From Candidatus Bathyarchaeota archaeon (GTDB lineage: Archaea > Thermoproteota > Bathyarchaeia > 40CM-2-53-6): a stretch of 64,000 bases of DNA. The DNA is taken from positions 1-64,000 of the forward strand of contig CAWHWX010000032.1 of assembly GCA_963833125.1 (NCBI GenBank). Direction: 5' to 3'. Numbering within the stretch: position 1 is the stretch's first letter; each line of letters begins with the position of its first letter. Shown piece by piece: positions 41,846 to 52,323 of this stretch. The notes below the pieces were generated by a model. That model was not told the origin of the DNA. It did no database searches and saw only the letters and a program-made list of their open reading frames with translations. The position numbers and the translations under genes were made by a program.

Positions 41846-42658
41846 ATGCCACGCACCTTCCCAGTGAAACCAAACTACGGAGTCGAGATTGGTGTTATGG
41901 AGCCGGTTGAGATTTCTTCGTCGAATGAACCTGCGAGGAAGATTCGGCCGAACTACAGGAGTTCCACAGGCTTCTACGTTACTCGTAAAGGAAAAGCACT
42001 TGCTTTTGAATCAAAACAAGAACGAGACGCACTTCTCACCCTTGACTTTGACCCAAGTGTGCGCGATCTTGTCACTCAGCCACTGAGAATTGGAAACTAT
42101 GTGCCGGATTGCCGTATAGAAACGACTTTTGATCTGACCGTTATTGTGGAAATAAAGTCAGAGAGCGAACTTGTTGAGAAATGGATAGAGCTATCAGCGA
42201 AGTATTCTGCAGCAAATGATTACTGCTTCGCCAAAGGCTTTGAGTTTGTGTTTGTTACTGACTTCTACATCTACTACTCAGAACAATATCGACTCAATAT
42301 ACTGAAAAAAGTAAGATTTCTTGGAGCCCGTCCAGAAGAATCCGACGAACAAGTTCAGGAACAACTCGTTAAGCTCCTAGGTCAGATGCCATTATCCGTC
42401 GGTTCACTAGCCAAGAAGATCGAAGCGCCACTGGACGAGGCCAACAGAATTCGAGAAATTTGCAGACTTCTCTGTTCTGGTTCAGCTCACATTTTCAAAA
42501 CCCCCACCCCACACCTCAAGGACTGCTTAATCTCAACCACCGAGGAAGGATGTGACACATTCCGTTCCCATGTCTTCAGCTTCGAGCAAATGAAAGAACG
42601 ACTTCGAACCCATCCTTATCGACAACTCGAAGGAGGATTTGCCAGACTTGTTAATTGA
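41846..42658 (+). CDS. tnsA: TnsA-like endonuclease
   Basis: FESKQERD, TQP, YVPD, IVEIK. Confidence 0.85.
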   Translation: MPRTFPVKPNYGVEIGVMEPVEISSSNEPARKIRPNYRSSTGFYVTRKGKALAFESKQERDALLTLDFDPSVRDLVTQPLRIGNYVPDCRIETTFDLTVIVEIKSESELVEKWIELSAKYSAANDYCFAKGFEFVFVTDFYIYYSEQYRLNILKKVRFLGARPEESDEQVQEQLVKLLGQMPLSVGSLAKKIEAPLDEANRIREICRLLCSGSAHIFKTPTPHLKDCLISTTEEGCDTFRSHVFSFEQMKERLRTHPYRQLEGGFARLVN

Positions 42659-44636
42659 ACCGGGGTCTAAGATCTCGATCAACGACCAAGTCTTCACAGT
42701 CATAGACGGGACGGAAATCAACAAAGCAGAGATCAAGAGCGACTCGTCCGGACATGTATATTGCGTAGATCTCATGAATAAGATACGAACAGGGGACGCA
42801 CTATCCCTCATAGGTTCAGATCGACAATCTAATCGCCTATCGCATTTGGGCATTCTCTCACTCACCGATGAACAGCACGCTGAGGCGCGACGCCGCTACG
42901 TAGCTATCCTCGCAATCCTCCACATGAAGAAACGAACCTCCCATGAGAAAGAGGAAATACGGAAGCAATTCGCAAGGCAGCTGTGGAGACTCGCTGTTTC
43001 CTCAAGGACGATCAAGCGGTGGATAGAGAGATACACACTATCCGGATTCAAAGGTCTCGTAACAAGCGAGTCTTTTGGAGGAAAGGGAGGAACAAGAACC
43101 GATAAAGAATCCGAATCGATCCTTCAAAAGGTCATAGAAGAACAATATTTCACAAAGCAACAAAAGAATAAAGCGGAAGTCTACCGCGAATTCGAATCAG
43201 AGAGCAATCTTAAAGGTCTTACAAGTGTAGATGAGAACGGAAACGTGCGGCCGCCAATACCGCGCTCGACAATTTACCGTAGGCTAGCCCTTCTCGATCA
43301 AAGAGAAGTCACGTTGAGGCGTCTAGGGAACAGGGCCTACGTGCAAAAGCACTGTCTCAAAGGGGGAAGGTATCCTGACGTGGAATATCCATTAGAGACA
43401 ATTTTAATCGACCATACGAAGCTTGACATAATCCTGCGAGATCCAATAACAAGAAAACCCATTGGTAGACCATGGATCACAGTTGCGATAGACGCATTTA
43501 GTCGATGCATCTGGGCATTCTACCTAAGTCTGGAACCACCTAACGCAGACACGGTTGGTTTAGTAATTATAATTGGTTGCAAGATCAAAAGTCAACTTGC
43601 GAAGTCACTCGGCTGCGAATCTGAATGGCCTGTCTATGGACTCCCGTCCAAATACACACTGACAATGGCAGAGACTTCAGAGCAAAACAACTGGAAAAAG
43701 GCTGTGAAGCACAAGGAATCTCCCTCGTCAGAAGACCAATCAAAACGCCTGAGTTCGGCGGAATTATAGAACGCTTCTTCGGCACACTCAACACCGAACT
43801 AATCCACAACTTGCCTGGAACAACTCGCTCAAACGTAATGAGTCTGAAGAACGGAGACTACGATCCAGAAAAGGAATCCCTCCTTGAACTGGAAGAGCTT
43901 GAACACCTCATCGCTAGATTCATTGTAGATCAATATCACAATACCCCGCACCGCGGGAATCAATACGACTCCCCTAAGAAAATGGAAAGAGGGAATTGAA
44001 GAAAATGCAATTGCCCCTTCTGAACCCGACGATATCGAACGTTTCAGACAAGATTTCCTCCCCTATGTCGAGGGCCCTAACGGAACCCGTCAGATCGAGC
44101 GAGATGGGATACACTACCTGGGATTGGTCTACTATGCAAGCGAATTGAATCACTTAACACGTAACGAAAACGGCGGAAAAATACCAAAAGCATATTTCAT
44201 TAAATATGACCCACAAGACCTTCGATACGTCTACATTTACGACGACGAAAACGACTGCTACCACGCACTAAGTCTCAGTGAACGCCCCATTGAGCCTTTC
44301 ACTAAACGCAACCTCGAGATCAGCTCAAGGCAAAAGCGAGAGACGGCCACCGACAAACTCGATCAACACAGACGCCTAGACGCAATCCAAGAACGACGAG
44401 AATTTCTCACGAGCAGGATTGAGGGGAACAAAAGAGCTCGTAGAACAATGGCCTCAGAAAGATCGGAGCGCGGTCGCCGTTCTCGCACAATCCCTCTCAC
44501 AAATCCAATGAATGCCTCTGACGAAGACGATAATGTGAACAACGATTCTGAGAGCTCGGATAACACGTCGTCTGAAATCGTATACTCCACCGATGACCAA
44601 GAGGAAGAAGTTGAATCGAATGAAGATCTACAATGA
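42639..44636 (+). CDS. tnsB: TnsB/TniA Mu-like DDE transposase (frameshifts near 43640 and 43960)
   Basis: IDHT (D), GRPWITVAIDAFSR, HTDNG (D), GIIERFFGT (E), YHNTPH, KYDPQDL. Confidence 0.92.
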
Positions 44637-45511
44637 CACAAATTATTCAGGTTGATCATTTAACCGCCCATGTCAGATCACGATTAAACAGATCTATTGA
44701 TGAGCGAATCAAGGATATTCAGGCGCTGACATATGTTCCATATCCCAAAGCCGAATACGTTCTCTCATTAATGCATCGACTCTGCTCCGAGCCAATGTCG
44801 GGAAGACCTCGTGGACTTACCATTTCTGCGGTTAGTGGAAACGGCAAAACCACCATAACAAATACGTTCCTCTACAAACATCCGATGCGCGAGACAACTG
44901 AAGCCAGAATTATACCCGTCTTGAAAGTAGAGGCACCACCGGTTCCCAGTGAGAAAAGGATCCTCGGCGGGATCTTGAATGGTTTCAGCTCAGGAGACGC
45001 CATCGAAGCAGGCGACGTCGAGACGAGAATGCGACGAATCAAGATCCTTGTCCATAGATGCCAAGTTAAACTAATGGTCCTCGACGAATCCAATAACTTG
45101 CTCGCGGGAACAGCAAGAGCAATGGAAGAATGCTGCAACGTATTGAAGTACCTCTCCAATCAACTGGGCATCCGAATTGTTCTCGTTGGCACAAAACGTG
45201 TTGAAAACGTTCTGAGGTCGGATCCACAACTCCTTTCGCGCTTTCCAATAGTTGAATTGCCGTTATGGAAAGACGGGAGATGTTACCGGAGATTTCTCGA
45301 AATGCTCGAATCGGCACTACCCTTGGCAAATGCCAGCGATCTGGCGTCCGACGAGAAAGCTTTCGCTCTCTTAGAACACTCCCACGGAGTACTGGGCGAC
45401 ATTGTAATGACCGTCAAAGACGCAGCGATTTGCGCTCTACGCAATCACGAAGAACGCATAACCACGGATATACTGAAGTGCCCCTTTTCAGTTCTCAAGA
45501 AAAGTCGCTGA
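44633..45511 (+). CDS. tniB: TniB/TnsC AAA+ ATPase
   Basis: Walker A SGNGKT, Walker B MVLDE, DPQLLSRF. Confidence 0.92.
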   Translation: MTQIIQVDHLTAHVRSRLNRSIDERIKDIQALTYVPYPKAEYVLSLMHRLCSEPMSGRPRGLTISAVSGNGKTTITNTFLYKHPMRETTEARIIPVLKVEAPPVPSEKRILGGILNGFSSGDAIEAGDVETRMRRIKILVHRCQVKLMVLDESNNLLAGTARAMEECCNVLKYLSNQLGIRIVLVGTKRVENVLRSDPQLLSRFPIVELPLWKDGRCYRRFLEMLESALPLANASDLASDEKAFALLEHSHGVLGDIVMTVKDAAICALRNHEERITTDILKCPFSVLKKSR

Positions 45512-45550
45512 ACACGATATCGTACACCATGATTTCGTACGACGAGGGAT

Positions 45551-46538
45551 ATGATGGAAACAGATATCGCAGTAGGACAACTCATTCGACAGAGTCTATG
45601 GCCAATACATCCGCCACCTTTACGCCGGCGAGTCTTTGGAATCGTGGATAACTAGACAAGCCTATGCAAACTGCTGCTCTCTCAACACTTTCTTACCCAG
45701 CTATCTCAAGACATATCCCACGCATTCAGGGAGAGAGATTACTCTCGACTTAGACTTCCTAAACGGGAATGACGAATCTCTTCAAATAATTAGTGGCCTT
45801 ATCGGTAGGAGACTTGCTGGAAACATGACGTTGCACTTCTTCAGGCACGTCTTAGATATAGGCAGGGAAGCTGAGAAAGCCAAAGGGCGATGGCGAGGCC
45901 CCTCTACTTGCGGATTTAATTGGGTTGTTCCTAGGCGTGATGGACGGATGTATTGTCCAGTATGCTTAGCTGGAGACAAGACTACTCACTTTCGCTTAGC
46001 TTGGCGACTAAGGTTCGCACCGATTTGCGTCAAGCATAAGGTGCTTCTGGAATCCGATTGCGGTCATTGCCACCATCTGATGAACCATTTCGATGATAAC
46101 GCCCATTACGATATAGGAAAATGTCCACAATGTGAATCATCACTTAGTTCTGCGCTACCCAAAGCACTTGATTCGAATGAGGACGGTTACGTTGCTATTT
46201 CGAACCTTTTGGGATTGCTCTATTCCACGGTGGGACTTCAAGAGATTGGTTGGGAAGAAAGTAAGGCCGACCTATTTGCTAGCCTGAAGCTCGTTGTTCT
46301 AATGTTGCTAGCCACAGCCAAATCTCCAGTTCCCGCCTACCGAAGAACTTTTCGTGATGCATCTATGATCTATGGATTAATGGGACGGGCGTGGAGAATG
46401 TTGCTAGATTCCGCAGACATTCAACAATTCATTGCGAATCATCGGGGGCTTTTCCATTACCTTACACGCAAAAGATATCCCTACGTCTGTCCAAAATATT
46501 TCAACAGATACACGATGATTATTGCTACGCCTTCATGA
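45551..46538 (+). CDS. tniQ: TniQ family protein (frameshift near 45620)
   Basis: WPIHPPP..GESLESWI, YCPVCL...FRLAWRL...CVKH..L...CGHC, CPQC. Confidence 0.88.
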
Positions 46539-47043
46539 ATGTGCTGATGATCATGAACTCAGCGGATTTCTTGGGAAAAATAGGTTCTGCGGTGAGGGAA
46601 TTTTACGATCACGACTCCATACTAACAATGCTGAACACGGAAAGGCCGATAGCGCATAGAGTGGCTTTCTATCTGGACCCGCTTTTCGAAGACTGGGATG
46701 TAGATTGCGAGTACAATCGCTATGGGAAGGAGAAGATCAAAGAGTTGGAAAAAATACGCGAGTGCGACCCGAGCGGAAGACCGATAGAATATACCCGGAT
46801 ATAGTGATACACGAAAGAATGTCGGAAGACAGGAATAACATTGCAGTAATAGAAATCAAGCCGAAACCCGACATAGAAGACTGCGACAGAATGAAACTAG
46901 AACTTATGACTAGGAAGGGAGACGAGGACAAATACAAATATGAATTCGGTTTGTTTTTGGGATTCGAGCCCAGCGGATGCACGTGGATTTTATTCGTAGG
47001 CGGGGAAAGGAATAGCGACGGAAGGATTGAGGCAAAGGCATAG
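46535..47043 (+). CDS. Small PD-(D/E)XK nuclease-like protein (frameshift near 46770)
   Basis: ERPIAHR..YL, VDCEYNR, YPDIVIH, VIEIK; ATGA overlap with tniQ. Confidence 0.6.
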
Positions 47044-47127
47044 ACACTCTAACCACATCTCAAATGATCCTCTCCAAACTACGTCAAATGGATTTCCGAA
47101 ATGAACTGACAAAACCGAACTCAGCAT

Positions 47128-47646
47128 TTGAATACTATCAAGGACTTAGCCATCGCCAAATCCAACTCTCCACGATTCTTCCAACAAACCTTCCAACAAT
47201 GCCTCACCCAACTCGCGGAAGGGTGCCACTCCCCAACCGACTTTGAAATCGCGAAACAGCAAATCCCGGAAATCGTCACGGAAGCCGTCCAACGGCTACG
47301 CGAAAGAACCGTGTCCCTAGCGAACCTGGAGTACCGAGTTGAACTAAGAGAGGACCCACACGAAAAGTTGACGTCGAAGAGGCTGCCGCAACCCTACCAG
47401 GTGGCTTGGTTGCTCACGAAGCAGGGAAAGGCTCCGGTCTGCGGAGAGATGGTCGATTTCGCGAAAGTGTTTCCCTTCAGATTGCAGGGAAGACAATTCA
47501 CCGTCAAACCCACCCCACAAATAAACTCGAAGGAGATCGACGTAGAGGACTACATCCTCAGCCTACTCGCCTCACTATCACAGGTCTTCGATCCGATGAA
47601 TATTCGACTCAAAATGAATCCGACGACCCTCTCAGATTTCGTTTAA
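47128..47646 (+). CDS. Hypothetical protein
   Basis: 172-aa ORF; no motif recognised. Confidence 0.4.
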   Translation: MNTIKDLAIAKSNSPRFFQQTFQQCLTQLAEGCHSPTDFEIAKQQIPEIVTEAVQRLRERTVSLANLEYRVELREDPHEKLTSKRLPQPYQVAWLLTKQGKAPVCGEMVDFAKVFPFRLQGRQFTVKPTPQINSKEIDVEDYILSLLASLSQVFDPMNIRLKMNPTTLSDFV

Positions 47647-47765
47647 TACTCATTAACAGGAAATCCAATGCTAAATTTCTGCATTGTTTCCTTCCCAAAA
47701 GAAAATGGTGTAGAAACGAATTTGCTAAGGCGCAATGAAGTTTCTACAAAATGTTTTAACAGTGA

Positions 47766-48275
47766 TTGGTTTTCCTAAAGCGGTTCTTTCACTTGCTTTA
47801 TAGAATTAGACGACGCAGAGGATTGAATCCGCTTCCGTCGCTTCTTAAACAAGCTTTGCGTTCTGGTGGTATAATTTTGCTTGAGGTGGCTGTGGAACAG
47901 CAGGATTACGCTCGATCGGGAGAACAAAACTTGAGAGCGATTCGTTCTTTGGAGGAACTCCAATGGGGGCCGATCTTGATGCTGTTCGTTCACTGTGAAA
48001 AGGGGGGGCGAGATTTCTGGATAGAAGCGGCCTACGAGATGGGCGATAATGGATTATCGGAGTTCGACTTCTATCTAAAGGACTGGGAAGAACGCCATTC
48101 AGAAAATCCCACTTCATCAGAAGGCCTCTGCCTTACGGCAAAGGAGAGAAAATTCCTTCAAACTTTGCTTCTCATGGTGTTTCAGTTTTCTATAGTGGCA
48201 CCACAAGTAGGATCGGATGTAGCGCGGATGATGCTGCGGTTAGTGAAAATTAACTGGGCGAGAACACAAAGTTAG
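47766..48275 (+). CDS. Hypothetical protein
   Basis: ORF convergent with the HTH gene; true start probably downstream. Confidence 0.4.
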   Translation: MVFLKRFFHLLYRIRRRRGLNPLPSLLKQALRSGGIILLEVAVEQQDYARSGEQNLRAIRSLEELQWGPILMLFVHCEKGGRDFWIEAAYEMGDNGLSEFDFYLKDWEERHSENPTSSEGLCLTAKERKFLQTLLLMVFQFSIVAPQVGSDVARMMLRLVKINWARTQS

Positions 48276-48280
48276 AAAAA

Positions 48281-48598
48281 TTAGGGGGTTGACGGAAGCT
48301 CTCTTCTCAGTTTATAGAGAACCTCGTCAACCTTCGGAGTCAGTTTGTAGAATCGTCCCGCTCGTCCTGAGGGTGAATTCGGTTTCTTGATTTCTCCGAC
48401 CTCGCTCGTTAGGAAACCGTCTTTCTGCATCATAACCAAGTGAAATGAGACTAGCCGATGATTCTCGTTGACTTCTTTTGCGATTGCGTCTATGTATAAC
48501 GGTGCCCGAGCTTGCTTCAGCGCCATTATGATCTTATAGCGAGTTGGCTGAAGTAATGGAGCAGCTTCACTAATTGCGGACAATACCAAAATCTCCAT
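48281..48598 (-). CDS. Winged-helix transcriptional regulator
   Basis: PTRYKII..L, YIDAIAK...VSFHL, RFYKLT. Confidence 0.75.
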   Translation of the reverse strand: MEILVLSAISEAAPLLQPTRYKIIMALKQARAPLYIDAIAKEVNENHRLVSFHLVMMQKDGFLTSEVGEIKKPNSPSGRAGRFYKLTPKVDEVLYKLRRELPSTP

Positions 48599-49068
48599 CG
48601 ATCGACCTTTGGACAGCAAGTTCCCATCCGGCACTTCGTGATATAACGTTTTGCAAACTTGGAACGGTCAATGACCTAGACGCAGAAACGGGGCCCAGTT
48701 AGGGTCTGACATATTCCGAACATTTTCGATACCGACATGTCCATTCAACGGTACTCATAGTAAAGGTATTGCTACCTAGAAACATGGTCAACATATACCC
48801 AAAACTGGGCGCAACCACAAAGTTTATTACTACGTCCACATTCCTTTACTACCTAGTAATGGCGTTTCCCTGAGAGGGGAACTCGACCAGTTACCAACCA
48901 ATTAGGAATGGACCCAGAAAAAAGCGGGATGAAGCGATGCAAGAAAAGCCTCACCGACCGAAGATGCTCAGAGAGCTATTCATGATTACTGATTGATTTA
49001 GCTTTCGCTTTGGCGTGAGAAATTCTCGCATGATCTTTGTTCCCTCCTCCTAGGAGGTGTAGCGGGAT

Positions 49069-49575
49069 ATGACAAAGAAAGCCAAGAAAGGAAAGCGAAA
49101 GCCGTACCTTGCAGCGGAGCTTCTCATTGAAAACTACTTGAAAAGAAGGACTATTCGTTCCAGAAGACTAGCCGTTACAACAACTAACATTGCCCTTGCA
49201 GTAAAGATGCCCAACGACAAGACATGGAGAACACTAGAGAAGATGCACGAAAAGAACAAAGTTGACCGTACACCGACTAAGGGCAGTCGAAAACACTACC
49301 TGTTAAACAACATCACATGGCAGCGCTACTATGGCAGGAACATGGAACGGATATTTCTTCAATGTGCCGCAGACCTCCTTCGGTATGCTACGGCAGACCC
49401 TAGCATACTGAAACTTCTGAACTGCACACTTGCCGACATCAGAAGCCTAGTGAGCGTCTTCACTGATGTGGACCGATACAACCGATACATAGCAACACTA
49501 GCAAACAAGGGAGTTGTCACGGCACTTCCAAGACTACTCTGGAGAAGCGACCCGATAAGCTGGTGGCTTACATGA
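49069..49575 (+). CDS. Basic wHTH-like hypothetical protein
   Basis: GGAGGTG upstream; TTNIALAV...TWRTLEKM...V.R pattern. Confidence 0.5.
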   Translation: MTKKAKKGKRKPYLAAELLIENYLKRRTIRSRRLAVTTTNIALAVKMPNDKTWRTLEKMHEKNKVDRTPTKGSRKHYLLNNITWQRYYGRNMERIFLQCAADLLRYATADPSILKLLNCTLADIRSLVSVFTDVDRYNRYIATLANKGVVTALPRLLWRSDPISWWLT

Positions 49576-50244
49576 TGAGGAAACTGGATTGGCAGTTTCC
49601 TTTCCCTTTTTTATTCGTTCGGACGAATCATTCCTTTGTGAAATAATTCTGAGTAGTCCGCATCAGTAATGAGCCACCATCTCAGTTGGCCGCTATTATC
49701 GACCACGAAATCAAATTTGAACTTGACGAATCCGCTAAACAAACCATTGGCGATCTTGCGACCACAGCGTCCGCGTTCAATTTCCGCTTCTAGCAGTTCT
49801 TCTAAGCGAAGCACTCGTGGCGCCCTGTGGGAACGCATTAGTCGGGGGAAGCGTCCATTTTGCTTAGTCATTGATGACAACACTATCGCGATTAGATATA
49901 TGGAGTTTAGCTTCTCTTAGAAAAATAGGACAGAGGGTATGGAACCAGACGGAGAAGGGAAAATGTAATGTGATTCGCAGTGGGCGATTCAAAGGAACTC
50001 GGTAAACTGATCGTCGAAACTCTGAATCTACAGGTCGGAGATACTTACGAACTACTGACCTGTAAAGGAAACCCATACTACGTGTTGGTAAAACGAATTC
50101 CGGCAGGCATACCAGACGTACCGAAATGGAACGAAGAGGTATCGGGAATGGCGATCGCTTAGAACCGTACTAAGGCGTTTGCGCCACCATAACAGGCGGT
50201 GTGACTCTGCAAAGGATTCCATAAATCCTAGTCGGGATCCAGAT

Positions 50245-50472
50245 TCAATAATTTTCATGTTCCGAGAAAGCAAGTCGGAACCCGCCCACGTTGTAGATGA
50301 CCTCATGCTCCTTAGGCTGTTCGCTTCTTATCTCAACAACTATTGGTATACCTTTTTGTTCCATCGCCGCTTTCACTTTCTCAACATTATTTACTTTCAC
50401 TGAGAATCCACGCACCCCATCAACATCAAGGCGTGGTTCAGTTTGTTCGATAAGTTCAATACCAAACTTCAT
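50245..50472 (-). pseudogene. VOC family fragment
   Basis: FSVKVNNVEKVKAAMEQKGI; N-terminus appears missing. Confidence 0.45.
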
Positions 50473-50536
50473 TGCAAGGATTCAAGCGGGGATATCAAGT
50501 ATTGTTGGAGCTTAACTCTTCGGGTCAAGCAACTGA

Positions 50537-51853
50537 GTGCCCATAGGTTTGATGTTTGGAATGACCAACCGGACTCTGGAAAGGATTCTTCAACTAGAAA
50601 ATCAGCATTCTACGTATAGAAGCCACTGTCTAAATCTCATCGTGTCCGAAAATGTAGCTAGTCCTTCAGTCCGTAGGAGGCTCTCATCTGACTTCGAATG
50701 CCGCTACGGAAATGCGTACGCTCCCACTTTGTCCACCGATTGGGAGGCTTTCGCCAAGGTGAGGTGGTACGAAGGTCTTCAGTACGTAGAAAACGTTGAG
50801 AAGATATGTAATACGTTGCTACGGCAACTCTTTGATGCGAAATACGCTGACTATCGACCATTATCAGGAAGCTCAGCGATTTTGGCGAATTGGCTGAGCT
50901 TAACGGAACCTGGCGACACGATTGTCACAACCCGTGATTATGACGGTGGACATGGATCAGGTTGGGACGATTGCGCAACGATTTTGGGTCGAAAGGTCAC
51001 ACATTGGCCCTTCGACTCTAATGAGTTTAGAATTGATGTCGACAAAGCGGAACGTATGATTCGACGGACTAAACCTAAACTCCTAGTCTTCGGTGCCAGT
51101 CAAATCTTGTTTCCCGCTCCAATCAGTGAACTAAAGTCAGTCGCTGATGATGTCAGCGCATACTGCGTCTACGACGGCTCACATGTTATGGGGCTCTTAG
51201 CAGGAAAACGTTTGCAAGATCCTCTCAGAGAAGGTGCAATCGCTTTGTTCGGAAGTACGCACAAGACATTTCCCGGCCCACAAGGGGGATTGATTGTATC
51301 AAACGCTCAACATGAGATTTTGGAGAAGTTAGACAGAACATTGAGCCCCACCTTGTTTGACAATTATCACCAACACCGAGTTGCAGCCCTAGCCGTAGCT
51401 TCTGCAGAAATGATTGCCTTCGGTCAGGCCTATGCGGATCAGATAATTAGAAACGCGAAAGCCCTTGGACAAGCCTTGAATGAGGAAGGCTTCACTGTTG
51501 TCGGGTCACACAAAGGATTCACCCAGACACATCAGGTATTGTTGGACGTGAGACCTCTGAAGAGAGATGGTCGTGAATTAGCAAAAGTCCTTGCCTCATG
51601 CAATATCATAACAAACCAAATTCATCTTCCCGGCGACCCTTCTGAAGACAGATTCGGAGGAGTTCGATTGGGGACGGCCGAGGTCACAAGGACTGGAATG
51701 AAAGAAAATGAGATGAAGACGGTGGCTTCGCTGTTCCGGTTGTGCTTGATCGATCGCAGAGGAACAGGCCATGTTAAGAGGCAAGTCATTAAATTCAAGG
51801 CGCGATTCAATCGACTAAAATACTCTTTTGATGAAGGGCTCCCTGCATACTGA
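50537..51853 (+). CDS. glyA: Serine hydroxymethyltransferase family protein (divergent paralog)
   Basis: LNLIVSEN, GGH, YDGSHVMGL, GSTHKTFPGPQGG, GVRLGTAEVT. Confidence 0.88.
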   Translation: MPIGLMFGMTNRTLERILQLENQHSTYRSHCLNLIVSENVASPSVRRRLSSDFECRYGNAYAPTLSTDWEAFAKVRWYEGLQYVENVEKICNTLLRQLFDAKYADYRPLSGSSAILANWLSLTEPGDTIVTTRDYDGGHGSGWDDCATILGRKVTHWPFDSNEFRIDVDKAERMIRRTKPKLLVFGASQILFPAPISELKSVADDVSAYCVYDGSHVMGLLAGKRLQDPLREGAIALFGSTHKTFPGPQGGLIVSNAQHEILEKLDRTLSPTLFDNYHQHRVAALAVASAEMIAFGQAYADQIIRNAKALGQALNEEGFTVVGSHKGFTQTHQVLLDVRPLKRDGRELAKVLASCNIITNQIHLPGDPSEDRFGGVRLGTAEVTRTGMKENEMKTVASLFRLCLIDRRGTGHVKRQVIKFKARFNRLKYSFDEGLPAY

Positions 51854-51874
51854 ACCTCAGGTTCTAAGAATTCT

Positions 51875-52192
51875 TCAAATCTTCATCAGAAGAGAACCAT
51901 ATCCTTGCACTTGCGCCCTCACCTTCGCAATTCGAAGCCCATTCCACATAGTCGCTTGGTTGGCGCTCACAACAGGTTTACCAAGATCCTCTTCCAAAGG
52001 TTGCAGTACTTCAGCAGTAGGCAATGCATTGCATGCAGTGAAAATTCCATCCGAGTGTTTTGTATCTATTTCCTTGCCGAATTCGTATCCACTATCGGCT
52101 AGAAACCTCTTCAAACGCAGATTAACGTCATCCCCATAACACGTTCCGACAGCGACCGTCCGTATCCCGAGTTCTTTCAACGCCCTTACCAC
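51875..52192 (-). pseudogene. Deleted remnant of Asp/Glu racemase (maleate isomerase) family gene
   Basis: DGIFTACNALP...LGKPVVSANQATMW; internal and 5' parts missing. Confidence 0.65.
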
Positions 52193-52323
52193 TGACGATG
52201 AGGTCGTCGAACCGGGACACCCGCCCCTTCATGACGTTTTGGATGAGTTCATGTCGTTTTACGGACTACTAGACGTCGTCAGTTCATGAAAACCCAACAT
52301 GTCGTCATTCGATTTGCGCTCAA

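Larger units (their letters stand above)
34791..47043 (+). mobile_element. Tn7-like transposon (minimum extent; far end not found)
   Basis: End repeats downstream of the tRNA, tnsA-tnsB-tniB-tniQ operon, second tniQ and defence cargo. Confidence 0.85.

Noticed and set aside
47110-47130. AAAACCGAACTCAGCATTTG resembles the sequence just after tRNA-Thr
   Set aside because: Short and gapped similarity with no tRNA sequence or end repeats; likely chance.
47710-47753. TGTAGAAAC...GTTTCTACA inverted repeat as the far transposon end
   Set aside because: No TGACA-N4-GTWTGAG array upstream, and it is followed by AAATG rather than the expected GCATT duplication.
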